In this document: positions 37,442 through 46,576 of the stretch, piece after piece
How the letters are laid out: each line of letters begins with the position of its first letter
Numbering within the stretch: the stretch's first letter is position 1
Source: Acutalibacteraceae bacterium
GTDB lineage: Bacteria; Bacillota; Clostridia; Oscillospirales; Acutalibacteraceae
Assembly (NCBI GenBank): GCA_045544675.1
Contig: JAZPZK010000069.1
Span: 89-64,088 of the forward strand
Length of the DNA: 64,000 bases
Direction: 5' to 3'
Made by a program: the position numbers and the translations under genes
Notes under the pieces: model-generated
Database searches by the model: none
Seen by the model: the letters and a program-made list of their open reading frames with translations, nothing else
Told to the model about the DNA's origin: nothing

Positions 37442-39311
37442 AGGTATAACCTCCCATCTGTGTAAGCCTGTTTTTCAATTCCTCTCCTCTGAGAATTTCA
37501 AGGAATTTCTGAACAGCTTCGGTATTATACATTTTTTCATCTATAAGCACATCATATTCCTCGATGCAAAGTTCAATAAAATCAAGGTCATACATTTTTG
37601 CTGCAGAATATATACCAAGTCCGCAATCAGCATTACCCGCCGCAATAAGAGCCGCAACTGCTGTATGTGTAAACTCTTCGTTACGGTAACCGTCAATGGA
37701 CTTTTTATCCATTTTATATTTATCAATAAGATAATCGCACAGAATACGTGTACCTGAGCCCAGCTGACGGTTGACATATCTGCATTTTGCAATGTCGGAA
37801 AAGGCAGTTATACCCAGAGGATTTCCTTTTCTGACCATAAGGCCCTGAACTCTGCCTACACCCTTAACAAGTCTGACTCCGCCATCGGGAAAATACTTAT
37901 TGACATAGCTTTCGTTATACCTTCCGCTTTCCGTATCAAGAAGATGTATACAGCCAAGATGCGCTATACCGTTTTTTATGGCCGTAATTGCACCCATACT
38001 TCCGACGTGGGATGAGGAAAGGGAAAATCCGCATCTGTTTTTCCGGATAATATCCTTTATTTCATCTATAAGTGGGTCGTGGCTTCCGGTGACAATAAGT
38101 GAATTTTCAATTTCATTTTTGCTTCTGAGAAGACGGATTTCAACCTCTTCCCCCGCTTCAAAGCCTTCCGAATCCTGAGGAACGGTAAGTATGCCATCTG
38201 CCTTTGTAAAGCTTGTGATTACACCTGCACCGCGGTTGAGAGGCACAGCGATAAAGCCTTTATCGGTTTTTCCGAGAGTAACGCGCACAAACTCACGGTA
38301 TTTGAGCGAAGACACTACTCTTTTACCAAGAACAGCAGTTACTGTCTCTGAAGCATCAACAGCGTTTCCGTAATAGAGAGCAGCAACACTTTTTACAATT
38401 TCATCCATAACAACTATACCTGAAACAGGATAACCCGGTATTCCGATAACAGGCTTTTTCCCGATACAGCCGAGAACAGCCGGCTTACCGGGCTTCATTG
38501 CTATTCCGTGAAAAAGAACCTTGCCCGATTCAGAAATAATATCACTTGTATAGTCATCTCTGCCTGCGGATGAGCCTGCAAGAACAAGAACCGCATCACA
38601 TTCGCTGCATGCTTTATCAATTGCAGCTTTAAGTAAATCTTTTTTGTCCTTTACTATAGGATAAACAATGCTTTCACACTTCCATTGAGCAAGCATTGAA
38701 GAAAAAATGGTTGAGTTGAATTCAATGATTTCGCCCTTATCAGGATCTGCTTTCGGTGATATTATCTCGTCACCTGTAGGTATAATTCCGAATACAGGTT
38801 TTTTTATCACTTCTACATCAAGAACGCCGCCCGCAAGAAAAGCTCCGCAAAGCGATGGAGTAACAGTTGTATTGGTCGGTGCAATCATATCACCCATACA
38901 TATATCCTCGCCGACCTGACGTACATTCTGCCAGGGATGAACCGAGGAAATAATGCTCACTTTGCCGTCAGAAAGTTCAGTTACATCCTCTACCATAATT
39001 ACGCTGTCGCAACAATCCGGTAACGGATCTCCCGTATCAACAACAGTATACTGATTCACGCCGAGAACAACGGGTGTGTTTTCTGTTGCAGTAAAGGTAT
39101 CAGATGCTTTTACTGCAATTCCGTCCATTGCACAAGCGTTGTAATGCGGTGAGCAGATTTTGGCATATACTGCCCTGCTGAGAACTCTGCCACAGGCTTC
39201 GGTTACAGCAACAGTTTCACTTTCCGCATGAGCTCCTGCTGAAATAAGATATTCAATATAATCCTTACGGGCTTTTTCAAGCTCGGTGTTGTTAAGATAA
39301 TTGTGTTTCAT
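37434..39311 (-). CDS. moeA: Long MoeA-type molybdopterin metal-transferase fused to a C-terminal periplasmic-binding-protein-like domain
   Basis: MoeA N, MPT-binding and C domains over about 400 aa, then an extra domain of about 220 aa. 625 aa in total. Confidence 0.85.
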   Translation of the reverse strand: MKHNYLNNTELEKARKDYIEYLISAGAHAESETVAVTEACGRVLSRAVYAKICSPHYNACAMDGIAVKASDTFTATENTPVVLGVNQYTVVDTGDPLPDCCDSVIMVEDVTELSDGKVSIISSVHPWQNVRQVGEDICMGDMIAPTNTTVTPSLCGAFLAGGVLDVEVIKKPVFGIIPTGDEIISPKADPDKGEIIEFNSTIFSSMLAQWKCESIVYPIVKDKKDLLKAAIDKACSECDAVLVLAGSSAGRDDYTSDIISESGKVLFHGIAMKPGKPAVLGCIGKKPVIGIPGYPVSGIVVMDEIVKSVAALYYGNAVDASETVTAVLGKRVVSSLKYREFVRVTLGKTDKGFIAVPLNRGAGVITSFTKADGILTVPQDSEGFEAGEEVEIRLLRSKNEIENSLIVTGSHDPLIDEIKDIIRKNRCGFSLSSSHVGSMGAITAIKNGIAHLGCIHLLDTESGRYNESYVNKYFPDGGVRLVKGVGRVQGLMVRKGNPLGITAFSDIAKCRYVNRQLGSGTRILCDYLIDKYKMDKKSIDGYRNEEFTHTAVAALIAAGNADCGLGIYSAAKMYDLDFIELCIEEYDVLIDEKMYNTEAVQKFLEILRGEELKNRLTQMGGYTFG

Positions 39312-39322
39312 TGTAAGTCCTC

Positions 39323-40519
39323 TCAGAAAAGATATACTTTAACAGTATCGCCTTTTTTTAATCCTTCAGCATTTCTGTCTATGCGTATATATCCGTCGCT
39401 TGAGCTTAAAAGAGAAATTATACCGCTTTTAAACAGCACCGGAATTGCTTTTTCACCGCAAAGCCTGACGCAGACAAGTTCTTCTCTGCCGTGGTTTGAC
39501 GAAATATTTGTATCAATAACCGCCTCGACAGCATTCTCAGCAGAAATTCCGCATACGCTCTCTATAAGCGGTCTGACAAGCGTAAGAGCGACAAAATATG
39601 CTGCTGCGGGATGTCCCGGCAAACCGAATACTGCCTTATTGTTTATTTTTCCGATGATTGTAGGCTTACCCGGCTTCATTGCAATTCCGTGAAGATATAC
39701 CTCGCCAAGTTCCGAGATAATATCAGCTGTCAGATCCTTTTCTCCTGCCGATGAACCGCCGGAAATGAAAACAATGTCATTTTCTTCAGCCGCCTTTTTC
39801 AAAGCATCGGTAATTTCATCACGGTTATCTCTGATTATTCCGTACATTTTAGGAACACAGCCCGTTTCCTTTGCAAAAGAAGAAAGAATGTGGCTGTTTA
39901 CATCGCGAATTTTGCCCGGAACAGCCTTCTCTTCAATTGGTATAATCTCATCTCCGGTTGATATAATACCGATTTTCAGACGCTTTACGGCTGAAATTTT
40001 CGAAGTGCCAAGGCATGCAAAAATTCCGATATCCCGACCTGTTATAACCTTTCCTTTTTCGCAGACCACTGTGCCGCTTTTTATATCATCGCCACGTTTT
40101 GTCACATTTTCAAAGGGACTTGCTGCCTTGAAAATAAGACAAAGCGGACTGAAGCTTTCATCGGTATTTTCTACCATAACAACTGCATCAGCACCCTCGG
40201 GAAGCATTCCGCCTGTAGGTATTCTGACACATTCACCTTCACCTACTGCAAGACTGCTGTTTTCTCCCATTGCAGTTTCACCGATTATATTCAGTTGAGC
40301 AGGCATTGTTTCAGAGCATCCGAATACATCTGCACTTCTTACGGCAAAGCCGTCCACAGTTGAACGGTTAAAAGAAGGAACATCCTCAGAGGATACAACA
40401 TCATCATAAAGAATTCTGCCGACAGCTTCATCTGTATTTATAAGCTCAGCTTCAGCTTTATAACAGAATTTTTCGTTTATTATCTCTTTTGCTTTTTCTA
40501 CCGATACTACTCTGAGCAT
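39323..40519 (-). CDS. moeA: Molybdopterin molybdenum/tungsten transferase MoeA (second paralogue)
   Basis: Canonical 398-aa MoeA architecture. Confidence 0.9.
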   Translation of the reverse strand: MLRVVSVEKAKEIINEKFCYKAEAELINTDEAVGRILYDDVVSSEDVPSFNRSTVDGFAVRSADVFGCSETMPAQLNIIGETAMGENSSLAVGEGECVRIPTGGMLPEGADAVVMVENTDESFSPLCLIFKAASPFENVTKRGDDIKSGTVVCEKGKVITGRDIGIFACLGTSKISAVKRLKIGIISTGDEIIPIEEKAVPGKIRDVNSHILSSFAKETGCVPKMYGIIRDNRDEITDALKKAAEENDIVFISGGSSAGEKDLTADIISELGEVYLHGIAMKPGKPTIIGKINNKAVFGLPGHPAAAYFVALTLVRPLIESVCGISAENAVEAVIDTNISSNHGREELVCVRLCGEKAIPVLFKSGIISLLSSSDGYIRIDRNAEGLKKGDTVKVYLF

Positions 40520-40534
40520 TATCTCACCCCTGAC

Positions 40535-41209
40535 TCATAAATCCAACTTCCAGAATTCCATAAAACGTTTGCCCCATTCGCTGCGGGGATTTTTAAGCAG
40601 TTCCTCAGACGTGCCCTCTTCGGCAATCATACCGTTGTTAAGCATAATAATTCTGTCTGCAAGGCGTTTTGCCTGAGACGGTGAATGAGTTGTCATTATC
40701 ACCGTGCAGCCGTATTTTTGTCTGTAGCTTTCAATTGCGGATTCGATTATATCATTACCTTCAATATCTGCGGCACTTGAAGGTTCATCCAGAAGAAGAA
40801 AATCACATCCGTTAATAAGAACTCTGCCTAAAGCAAGACGCTGACATTCACCGCCGGAAAGATTCTTTGCATTTTTATTCCTGAAGGGTGTAAGTCTTAG
40901 TTCGTCAATCATTTTATCGCACAACTTATTCTTTTCTTTACTGTCACCGCTATAAGCAAAGCTGATATTTTTCCTCACATTCTTTGAAAAAGGCACGCTC
41001 TGCTGAGGAAGATATCTGACAGTACCGTTCAGAGATATCTTGCAGGTATCATTTTCAATTATGCCGGCAAGTACCTTGAGCAAAGTGCTTTTACCGCTGC
41101 CGTTAGGGCCCACAATCACTAGAGTTTCACCCTTATTTATTTTAAGTGAATCAATATCAAGCACGGTTCTTTCACCGTAAACCTTTTTAATTGACCTTAA
41201 TTCAATCAT
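40535..41209 (-). CDS. tupC: ABC transporter ATP-binding protein (tungstate-type, TupC-like)
   Basis: Walker A GPNGSGKSTL, LSGGECQRLAL, Walker B LLLDEPSSA. Operon context. Confidence 0.85.
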   Translation of the reverse strand: MIELRSIKKVYGERTVLDIDSLKINKGETLVIVGPNGSGKSTLLKVLAGIIENDTCKISLNGTVRYLPQQSVPFSKNVRKNISFAYSGDSKEKNKLCDKMIDELRLTPFRNKNAKNLSGGECQRLALGRVLINGCDFLLLDEPSSAADIEGNDIIESAIESYRQKYGCTVIMTTHSPSQAKRLADRIIMLNNGMIAEEGTSEELLKNPRSEWGKRFMEFWKLDL

Positions 41210-41888
41210 AGCTCTCCTCCTTAACAAGTGCTCCGGCAATTACATTAACCAAAAGCGAAATAAGAAGCAGAACAATCCCAAGGGCAAGTGCAAAGCTGAA
41301 ATTGCCTTTATTTGTTTCAAGCATAATGGCGGTTGTCATAACACGTGTTTTCCATTGAATATTACCTCCGACAAGACTGACGGCACCTACTTCTGCTATA
41401 GATCTTCCGAAGGCATTGAGTATGATACTCAGGAAGGACTGCCTGTTTTCGCTGAGAAGCAGATACAATCTTTTATAATTCGGAAGGTTAAGCCCCTTTG
41501 CCGTTTCATTGATTGATTTTGCATTGTGCGAAACAGCAGATTGGGTGAGATTGATTACTACCGGTGTTATAAGTAAGCATTGAGCCACGACCATAACCTG
41601 TACAGAAAACAGCCACCCCATACTTCCCAAAGGACCGTATTTCGTGAAAAGCATATAGACAACCAGGCCTGCCACCACCGGAGGCAGACCCATAAGAGTT
41701 CCTGTTATTTTTTTGATTGTCTTCTTGCCTCTGAAATTCTTCTGACCTATAAGCACACCTGCTGTTATTCCTATTGCGCAGGAAATAAGTGTGCTGAAAA
41801 AGGACATACGGAGAGTAACCCCGATTATCTGAAGTAACTCTCTGTCCATAGACAGAAGCATATCAAAAGCTTCATTGATTTTATCCAA
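41202..41888 (-). CDS. tupB: ABC transporter permease (TupB-like)
   Basis: Five to six TM helices with an EAA-like loop. Lies between the binding-protein and ATPase genes. Confidence 0.85.
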   Translation of the reverse strand: MDKINEAFDMLLSMDRELLQIIGVTLRMSFFSTLISCAIGITAGVLIGQKNFRGKKTIKKITGTLMGLPPVVAGLVVYMLFTKYGPLGSMGWLFSVQVMVVAQCLLITPVVINLTQSAVSHNAKSINETAKGLNLPNYKRLYLLLSENRQSFLSIILNAFGRSIAEVGAVSLVGGNIQWKTRVMTTAIMLETNKGNFSFALALGIVLLLISLLVNVIAGALVKEESYD

Positions 41889-41893
41889 TTCGA

Positions 41894-42793
41894 TTATTCA
41901 GCCATTGAAAGGAATGTTGCTTTGTCGGTAAGGCAATAGCCGTTCTGCTGTTTTGCCATTTCAAGGCATGCACCCATACCCTGACCTGCACTTACATACC
42001 AGGTTTCAGTTTCTGCATCAGGGATATCGTCTCCCCAGATTTTATTCTCAGCCTTATGTGTACCGCTGTCGTCGCCTCTTGATATAAATGTAGCCTTTGC
42101 ATCTCTTATCTTAGTAAATGCAGCTGCTGCATTTTCACAGTCTGCGATACCTGCAGGGTCATTTGAAGGACCTACGATTACAAAGTAGTTATACATAAAG
42201 GGAATTCTTTCAACGCCGTAGCCTTCGGATACGAATTCTTCCTCAGAAGCCTTTGCGTGAACAAGGATAAGGTCTGCATTGCCGTCCTTTGCCTTCTGGA
42301 TAGCTGCACCTGTGCCTGCTGACTGAACCTCTACTGTATAGCCGGTTTCAGCTTCAAAGGTGGGAATAAGATAAGGAAGAAGACCTGAATCGTTTACGGA
42401 TGTTGTTGTTGAAATGCGGATAACTGAATTTTCGGGCTTTTCAGCTTCCTTGTCACCCTCTGTTTCTTCATCCTCAGCTGCTTCATCAAGAAGATAGAAC
42501 AAGGGCTGTCCATACTGTTCTTTACCGTAATCTGCAATAAGTGCAGAAGCCTCGGAGCCCGTCATCCATTCGATGAATGCGTTTGCGCCTTCGGTGTTGA
42601 TGCCGTCAAGCTTGTCGGGATTACAAGCGATAAGAGAATATGTATTTTTCATATCCTCACCCTTTTCAAGCAGGATTTCGAAGCCGATTTCTTCTTTTTG
42701 TTCATCAGCATCGGTTGATGTCTTTTCTCCGCCGCAGGCGGCAAGGGTAAAGAGCATCATTGCGGCAAGTAAAATTGCAAGAAGTTTTTTCAT
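41894..42793 (-). CDS. tupA: Tungstate-binding lipoprotein TupA-like, with an apparently circularly permuted domain order
   Basis: Lipobox LAAC. TTTSVNDSGLL anion-binding motif at residue ~130. The segment normally C-terminal in TupA is found at residues ~36-105. Confidence 0.8.
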   Translation of the reverse strand: MKKLLAILLAAMMLFTLAACGGEKTSTDADEQKEEIGFEILLEKGEDMKNTYSLIACNPDKLDGINTEGANAFIEWMTGSEASALIADYGKEQYGQPLFYLLDEAAEDEETEGDKEAEKPENSVIRISTTTSVNDSGLLPYLIPTFEAETGYTVEVQSAGTGAAIQKAKDGNADLILVHAKASEEEFVSEGYGVERIPFMYNYFVIVGPSNDPAGIADCENAAAAFTKIRDAKATFISRGDDSGTHKAENKIWGDDIPDAETETWYVSAGQGMGACLEMAKQQNGYCLTDKATFLSMAE

Positions 42794-42799
42794 AATTCA

Positions 42800-42905
42800 T
42801 TCTCCTTTTCAATCACGGAAGGTAAAAAAGTTTCCTCATCCACCCTCAGACCGGTACCTGCATATATTTCTCCTGCAGGCAGTGTTTTTTCGGTCACGCC
42901 CATAT
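42800..42905 (-). promoter_or_regulatory. Candidate Moco/Tuco (molybdenum/tungsten cofactor) riboswitch in the tupA leader
   Basis: The 3' part, CCUUCCGUGAUUGAAAAGGAG, overlaps the RBS. It closely resembles my recollection of the conserved 3' end of the E. coli moaA Moco element (CCUCCCGUAUCUGGAAAGGUG). There is an upstream CGUGAC and a CCUGCA...UGCAGG stem. The P1 stem was not resolved by eye. Confidence 0.45.
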
Positions 42906-43002
42906 TTTCATGCAAAAATGTTTAGAAAATACAGGTCGGAATATGAATTAATGCGTTTTTAACGCAAACTTCAACATAATAGACAAATTGTATAAAAAAA
43001 TA

Positions 43003-43031
43003 TTGTAATACTAAATCTTTTATGATATTAT
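43003..43031 (+). promoter_or_regulatory. Candidate sigma-A promoter for the mog-thiF-aor-moaD operon
   Basis: TTGTAA, 17 nt, TATTAT. Confidence 0.5.
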
Positions 43032-43073
43032 ATACTACAGAGTAAGATATTTCAAGTAGGGAGGGAGAAAAAA

Positions 43074-43577
43074 ATGACTTTCGGTGTCCTCTGTGTGAGC
43101 GACAGATGCTCTAAGGGGCTTTGCGAGGATAAAAGCGGTCCTCTTATTTCGGAAACCCTGTCTGATTTGGGTAAAACCGTCAAGCATCTGATTGTACCCG
43201 ATGAAAAAGAAAAAATCAGCGAAGGGCTGAAGCATTTGTGCGATGATATCGGTGCGGATGTGGTTTTCACAACGGGAGGTACGGGCTTTGCGCCACGTGA
43301 TGTTACTCCCGAGGCATCAAAGGCTGTTTTTGACCGTGAAGCTCCCGGAATTTCCGAGGCTATCAGGTTGAAAAGCCTCTTAATCACTCCCAAGGCAATG
43401 CTTTCAAGAGGTGTATCGGGCATAAGAAAAAACACCCTTATAATCAATCTGCCGGGAAGCCCCAAAGCGGTAAAAGAATCTCTTGAAGTTGTTATTCCCG
43501 TACTCCCTCACGCTGTTGAGGTCCTCAGCGGAAATACCCTCAGCTGCGGCGGCAATTACGGAAAAGGCGGTGATTGA
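43074..43577 (+). CDS. MogA/MoaB-family molybdopterin adenylyltransferase domain protein
   Basis: TTGGTGFAPRDVTPEA motif. 167 aa. Confidence 0.9.
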   Translation: MTFGVLCVSDRCSKGLCEDKSGPLISETLSDLGKTVKHLIVPDEKEKISEGLKHLCDDIGADVVFTTGGTGFAPRDVTPEASKAVFDREAPGISEAIRLKSLLITPKAMLSRGVSGIRKNTLIINLPGSPKAVKESLEVVIPVLPHAVEVLSGNTLSCGGNYGKGGD

Positions 43578-44258
43578 TTGAGCTTAAAAAATGTAACCCA
43601 GCTTTTCAGCATAGATAAAAAAACGGCTTGTATCATCGGCTGCGGTGCTTTGGGCACAAATTCAGCGGTGCACCTTGCAGGAGCAGGTGTAAGGAAGCTT
43701 TATCTCTGCGACTTCGACACCGTCAGCCTTTCAAATCTCAACCGTCAGTTCCTTTTCACAAAAACCGACGGAGGCTTCCTGAAATGTAATGTGCTTAAGG
43801 AAAGGCTCTCCTACTATTCACCGGAAACAGAGTATATATCTGTGATCAGAAAAATAACAACTTCTGAGGATCTGTCCTTTGCAAAGGACTGCGATATTAT
43901 CCTCTGCTGCGTTGATAATGCCGTAGGCAGAAGAGCTATTGCAGAGTTTTCAAAGAAAAATAAAATTCCTTCGGTTTACGGTGGCGTTGACGGCTTCTAC
44001 GGAACTGCTTATATGTATTTACCCGACAGATCCCCCTGCCCTGACTGTGCAGGAATTATAAACGATATTTCAGTCAGAAGCTCCGTTTCATCTTCGGCCG
44101 GCATCATCGGATCTATGCAGGTAAACCTTGCGATTAGATACCTTCTTTCCGATGACGTAAGCTCGGCAGGAAAAATCTTTCTTTTCGACGGCGATTTATG
44201 GGATACACTTACAATAAAAGCTAACACACAGTGTGAAAGCTGTAAAAATCTGAGGTGA
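43578..44258 (+). CDS. ThiF/MoeB/HesA family E1-like adenylyltransferase (TTG start)
   Basis: GCGALGTNSAVHLAGAG nucleotide-binding motif, NLNRQ, C-terminal CPDC...C..C. Confidence 0.85.
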   Translation: MSLKNVTQLFSIDKKTACIIGCGALGTNSAVHLAGAGVRKLYLCDFDTVSLSNLNRQFLFTKTDGGFLKCNVLKERLSYYSPETEYISVIRKITTSEDLSFAKDCDIILCCVDNAVGRRAIAEFSKKNKIPSVYGGVDGFYGTAYMYLPDRSPCPDCAGIINDISVRSSVSSSAGIIGSMQVNLAIRYLLSDDVSSAGKIFLFDGDLWDTLTIKANTQCESCKNLR

Positions 44259-44262
44259 AAAT

Positions 44263-46197
44263 ATGTCAAATTTAAAAGGCTATATGGGTAAGGTGCTCTT
44301 TGTTGACCTTACCAAAAAAACTTTCAGCGAATTTCCCTGGACAGATGAGGACAGAAAAAGAACAATCGGCGGTAAAATTATGGCCGCTGACATTCTCCTT
44401 CAGCATATCAGACCCGGTATGAAGGCTTTCGATGAGGATAACTGGCTGGTTATTACAACCGGTCCTCTTACACGTTGCAAGACACCCTCGTCAACCCGCT
44501 TCAATATTTCAACAGTATCTCCCCTTACCGGTATTCTTACCTCCTCCAACTGCGGCGGTCCCTTCGGCAGAAGACTCAAGAAGGCCGGCTGGGATGCTAT
44601 GATCATCACAGGTAAGGCAAGTGAGCTTACCTGGATTGAAATTGTTGACAGTGAGGTCACATTCCACGACGTACCTGAATACAAGGGTATGCTTACGGGT
44701 GAAATTCAGAAGCTCTTCAAAGGCGGTGCTTCTCCCCTTGTAATCGGTCCTGCAGGCGAAAACAAGGTGCTTTATGCCGGTGTATTCAGCGGTGAAAGAA
44801 CCGCCGGCAGAGGCGGTGTAGGCGCAGTTTTCGGCGATAAAAACCTTAAGGTAATCACCGCAAAAGGAACTCAGGACCCTGAAATTTACGACCAGGAAAG
44901 ACTTGACGCTCTCACAGAGGAATGGAAAATGCAGCTTATGCGCCACCCCATTACCGGTGCGCAGCTTGCAAAGCTCGGCACAGCAGGTCTTGTTGCTCCT
45001 ATGCAGGCTCACAGAATTCTTGCCACTAAAAACTTCAGCGACGGAAGATTTGACGCCTTCGAAAAGGTATCAGGCGAAGAGCTTGCCGAAAAGCATCTCG
45101 TTGCCAACGGTAACTGCTTCTCCTGCCCCATGCGCTGTGAAAGACGTGTTAAGATTGACGGCAAAAATGTAAAGGGCCCCGAGCTTGAAACCCTCGGTCT
45201 TCTCGGTCCCAACATTATGAATGACGATATAGAGAAAATCCTTCGTTGGAACTACGAGCTCGATGAATTGGGCATGGACACCATCTCCTGTGCCGGCTCT
45301 ATCGCCTTTGCAATGGAGCTTCAGGAAAAAGGTATGTGGGACAGCGGTCTCGAATTCGGTAAGACAGACAACCTCAGCGATGTATTCAAGGACATTGCCT
45401 ACCGCAGAGGTATCGGTGACATTCTTGCAGACGGCACAAAGCGTATGAGTGAGAAATTCGGCGGTAAGGAATTCGCCATCCACTCAAAAGGTATGGAGCT
45501 TGCCGCTTACGAGCCGAGAGGCGCTGTAGGTCAGGGTCTCGGATATGCAACCTCAAACCGCGGCGGCTGTCATCTCAATGCGGGCTATATGGTTGTTCTT
45601 GAGGGTCTCGGTCTCAATATGAATTCATATACCCCCAAGGGTAAGGCAAGCCTTGCAATTATGTTCCAGAACACTATGGAGGCTGCTTCCGCAGCAGGTT
45701 GCTGTGTATTCACCTCCTACGCAATTCTCCCCTGGTTTATTGTTGCCAAGCCCGCAAGTATGGTTACGAGAATCGTACAGCAGGTATTCAAATTCATTAC
45801 GCCTATTCTTTACATAGGTATGCAGTACCCTGAAATTCTCGCTGTCAACGTTCCGCTAATTCAGTACCCGAGAGCACTCAATGCAGCAACCGGCTCAAAG
45901 TACACAATGGGCACCTTCATAAAAGCAGGCTCCTACGGCTATAACGTAGAAAGAATCTGCAACATCATTCTCGGTCTCCCCGTAGGCAAGGATACGGATA
46001 CTCTTCCGAAGCGTCTGACAGACGAAGAGCAGGTACCCGGAAACAAGAAAACAAAGGTACCTCTTGACAAGATGAAGAAGAGCTACTATATTATCCGCGG
46101 CTGGAAGGACGGCGCTCCCACAATGAGAATGGTCAAAAAACTCGGGATCAAGCTTCCCGAATGTGTAAAGGAGGTCTATCCCTATGGTAAAGGTTAA
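44263..46197 (+). CDS. aor: Aldehyde:ferredoxin oxidoreductase family tungstoenzyme
   Basis: AOR N-domain, CFSCPMRC [4Fe-4S] ligand motif, pterin-binding regions. 644 aa. Confidence 0.92.
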   Translation: MSNLKGYMGKVLFVDLTKKTFSEFPWTDEDRKRTIGGKIMAADILLQHIRPGMKAFDEDNWLVITTGPLTRCKTPSSTRFNISTVSPLTGILTSSNCGGPFGRRLKKAGWDAMIITGKASELTWIEIVDSEVTFHDVPEYKGMLTGEIQKLFKGGASPLVIGPAGENKVLYAGVFSGERTAGRGGVGAVFGDKNLKVITAKGTQDPEIYDQERLDALTEEWKMQLMRHPITGAQLAKLGTAGLVAPMQAHRILATKNFSDGRFDAFEKVSGEELAEKHLVANGNCFSCPMRCERRVKIDGKNVKGPELETLGLLGPNIMNDDIEKILRWNYELDELGMDTISCAGSIAFAMELQEKGMWDSGLEFGKTDNLSDVFKDIAYRRGIGDILADGTKRMSEKFGGKEFAIHSKGMELAAYEPRGAVGQGLGYATSNRGGCHLNAGYMVVLEGLGLNMNSYTPKGKASLAIMFQNTMEAASAAGCCVFTSYAILPWFIVAKPASMVTRIVQQVFKFITPILYIGMQYPEILAVNVPLIQYPRALNAATGSKYTMGTFIKAGSYGYNVERICNIILGLPVGKDTDTLPKRLTDEEQVPGNKKTKVPLDKMKKSYYIIRGWKDGAPTMRMVKKLGIKLPECVKEVYPYGKG

Positions 46198-46513
46198 GGT
46201 TTTCGGTGTTATACGTACTACAACAGGCTTCAGCTACCTTGAAGTCGATGCAAAAACCGTAAATGATATTTTTGAAATAATTTCAAGAAGAATGGCTATC
46301 GGCTACGAGGAAGACCTGGAAGAGCTTGAGCGTAAGAAAAACGATCCCAATGTTAAATACATCAAGCCGAAGAATCCCGCTCTTGAATATCATCAGAGAC
46401 TTCAGTTCAAGGATGCGGTTGTATACGTCAACGGTGAAAGATGTCTGCGTAAGGGCAGAAAACTCTCTGACGGCGACGAGGTATGGCTTCTCTCCCCCGC
46501 TGCAGGCGGCTAA
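46184..46513 (+). CDS. MoaD/ThiS-like ubiquitin-fold sulfur-carrier protein with an internal insertion
   Basis: C-terminal ...SPAAGG ends in Gly-Gly. AAGGAGG RBS. The start overlaps the aor 3' end. 109 aa, versus my recollection of roughly 80 aa for MoaD. Confidence 0.7.
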   Translation: MVKVKVFGVIRTTTGFSYLEVDAKTVNDIFEIISRRMAIGYEEDLEELERKKNDPNVKYIKPKNPALEYHQRLQFKDAVVYVNGERCLRKGRKLSDGDEVWLLSPAAGG

Positions 46514-46521
46514 ATAAAATT

Positions 46522-46560
46522 AAGGTGCTATGACTTAACGGTCATAAGCACCTTTTTTAT
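46522..46560. terminator. Bidirectional terminator between moaD-like and the AraC regulator
   Basis: aaggtgctatgac...gtcataagcacctt followed by TTTTT. Confidence 0.8.
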
Positions 46561-46576
46561 TGCTATATCAAGATAT

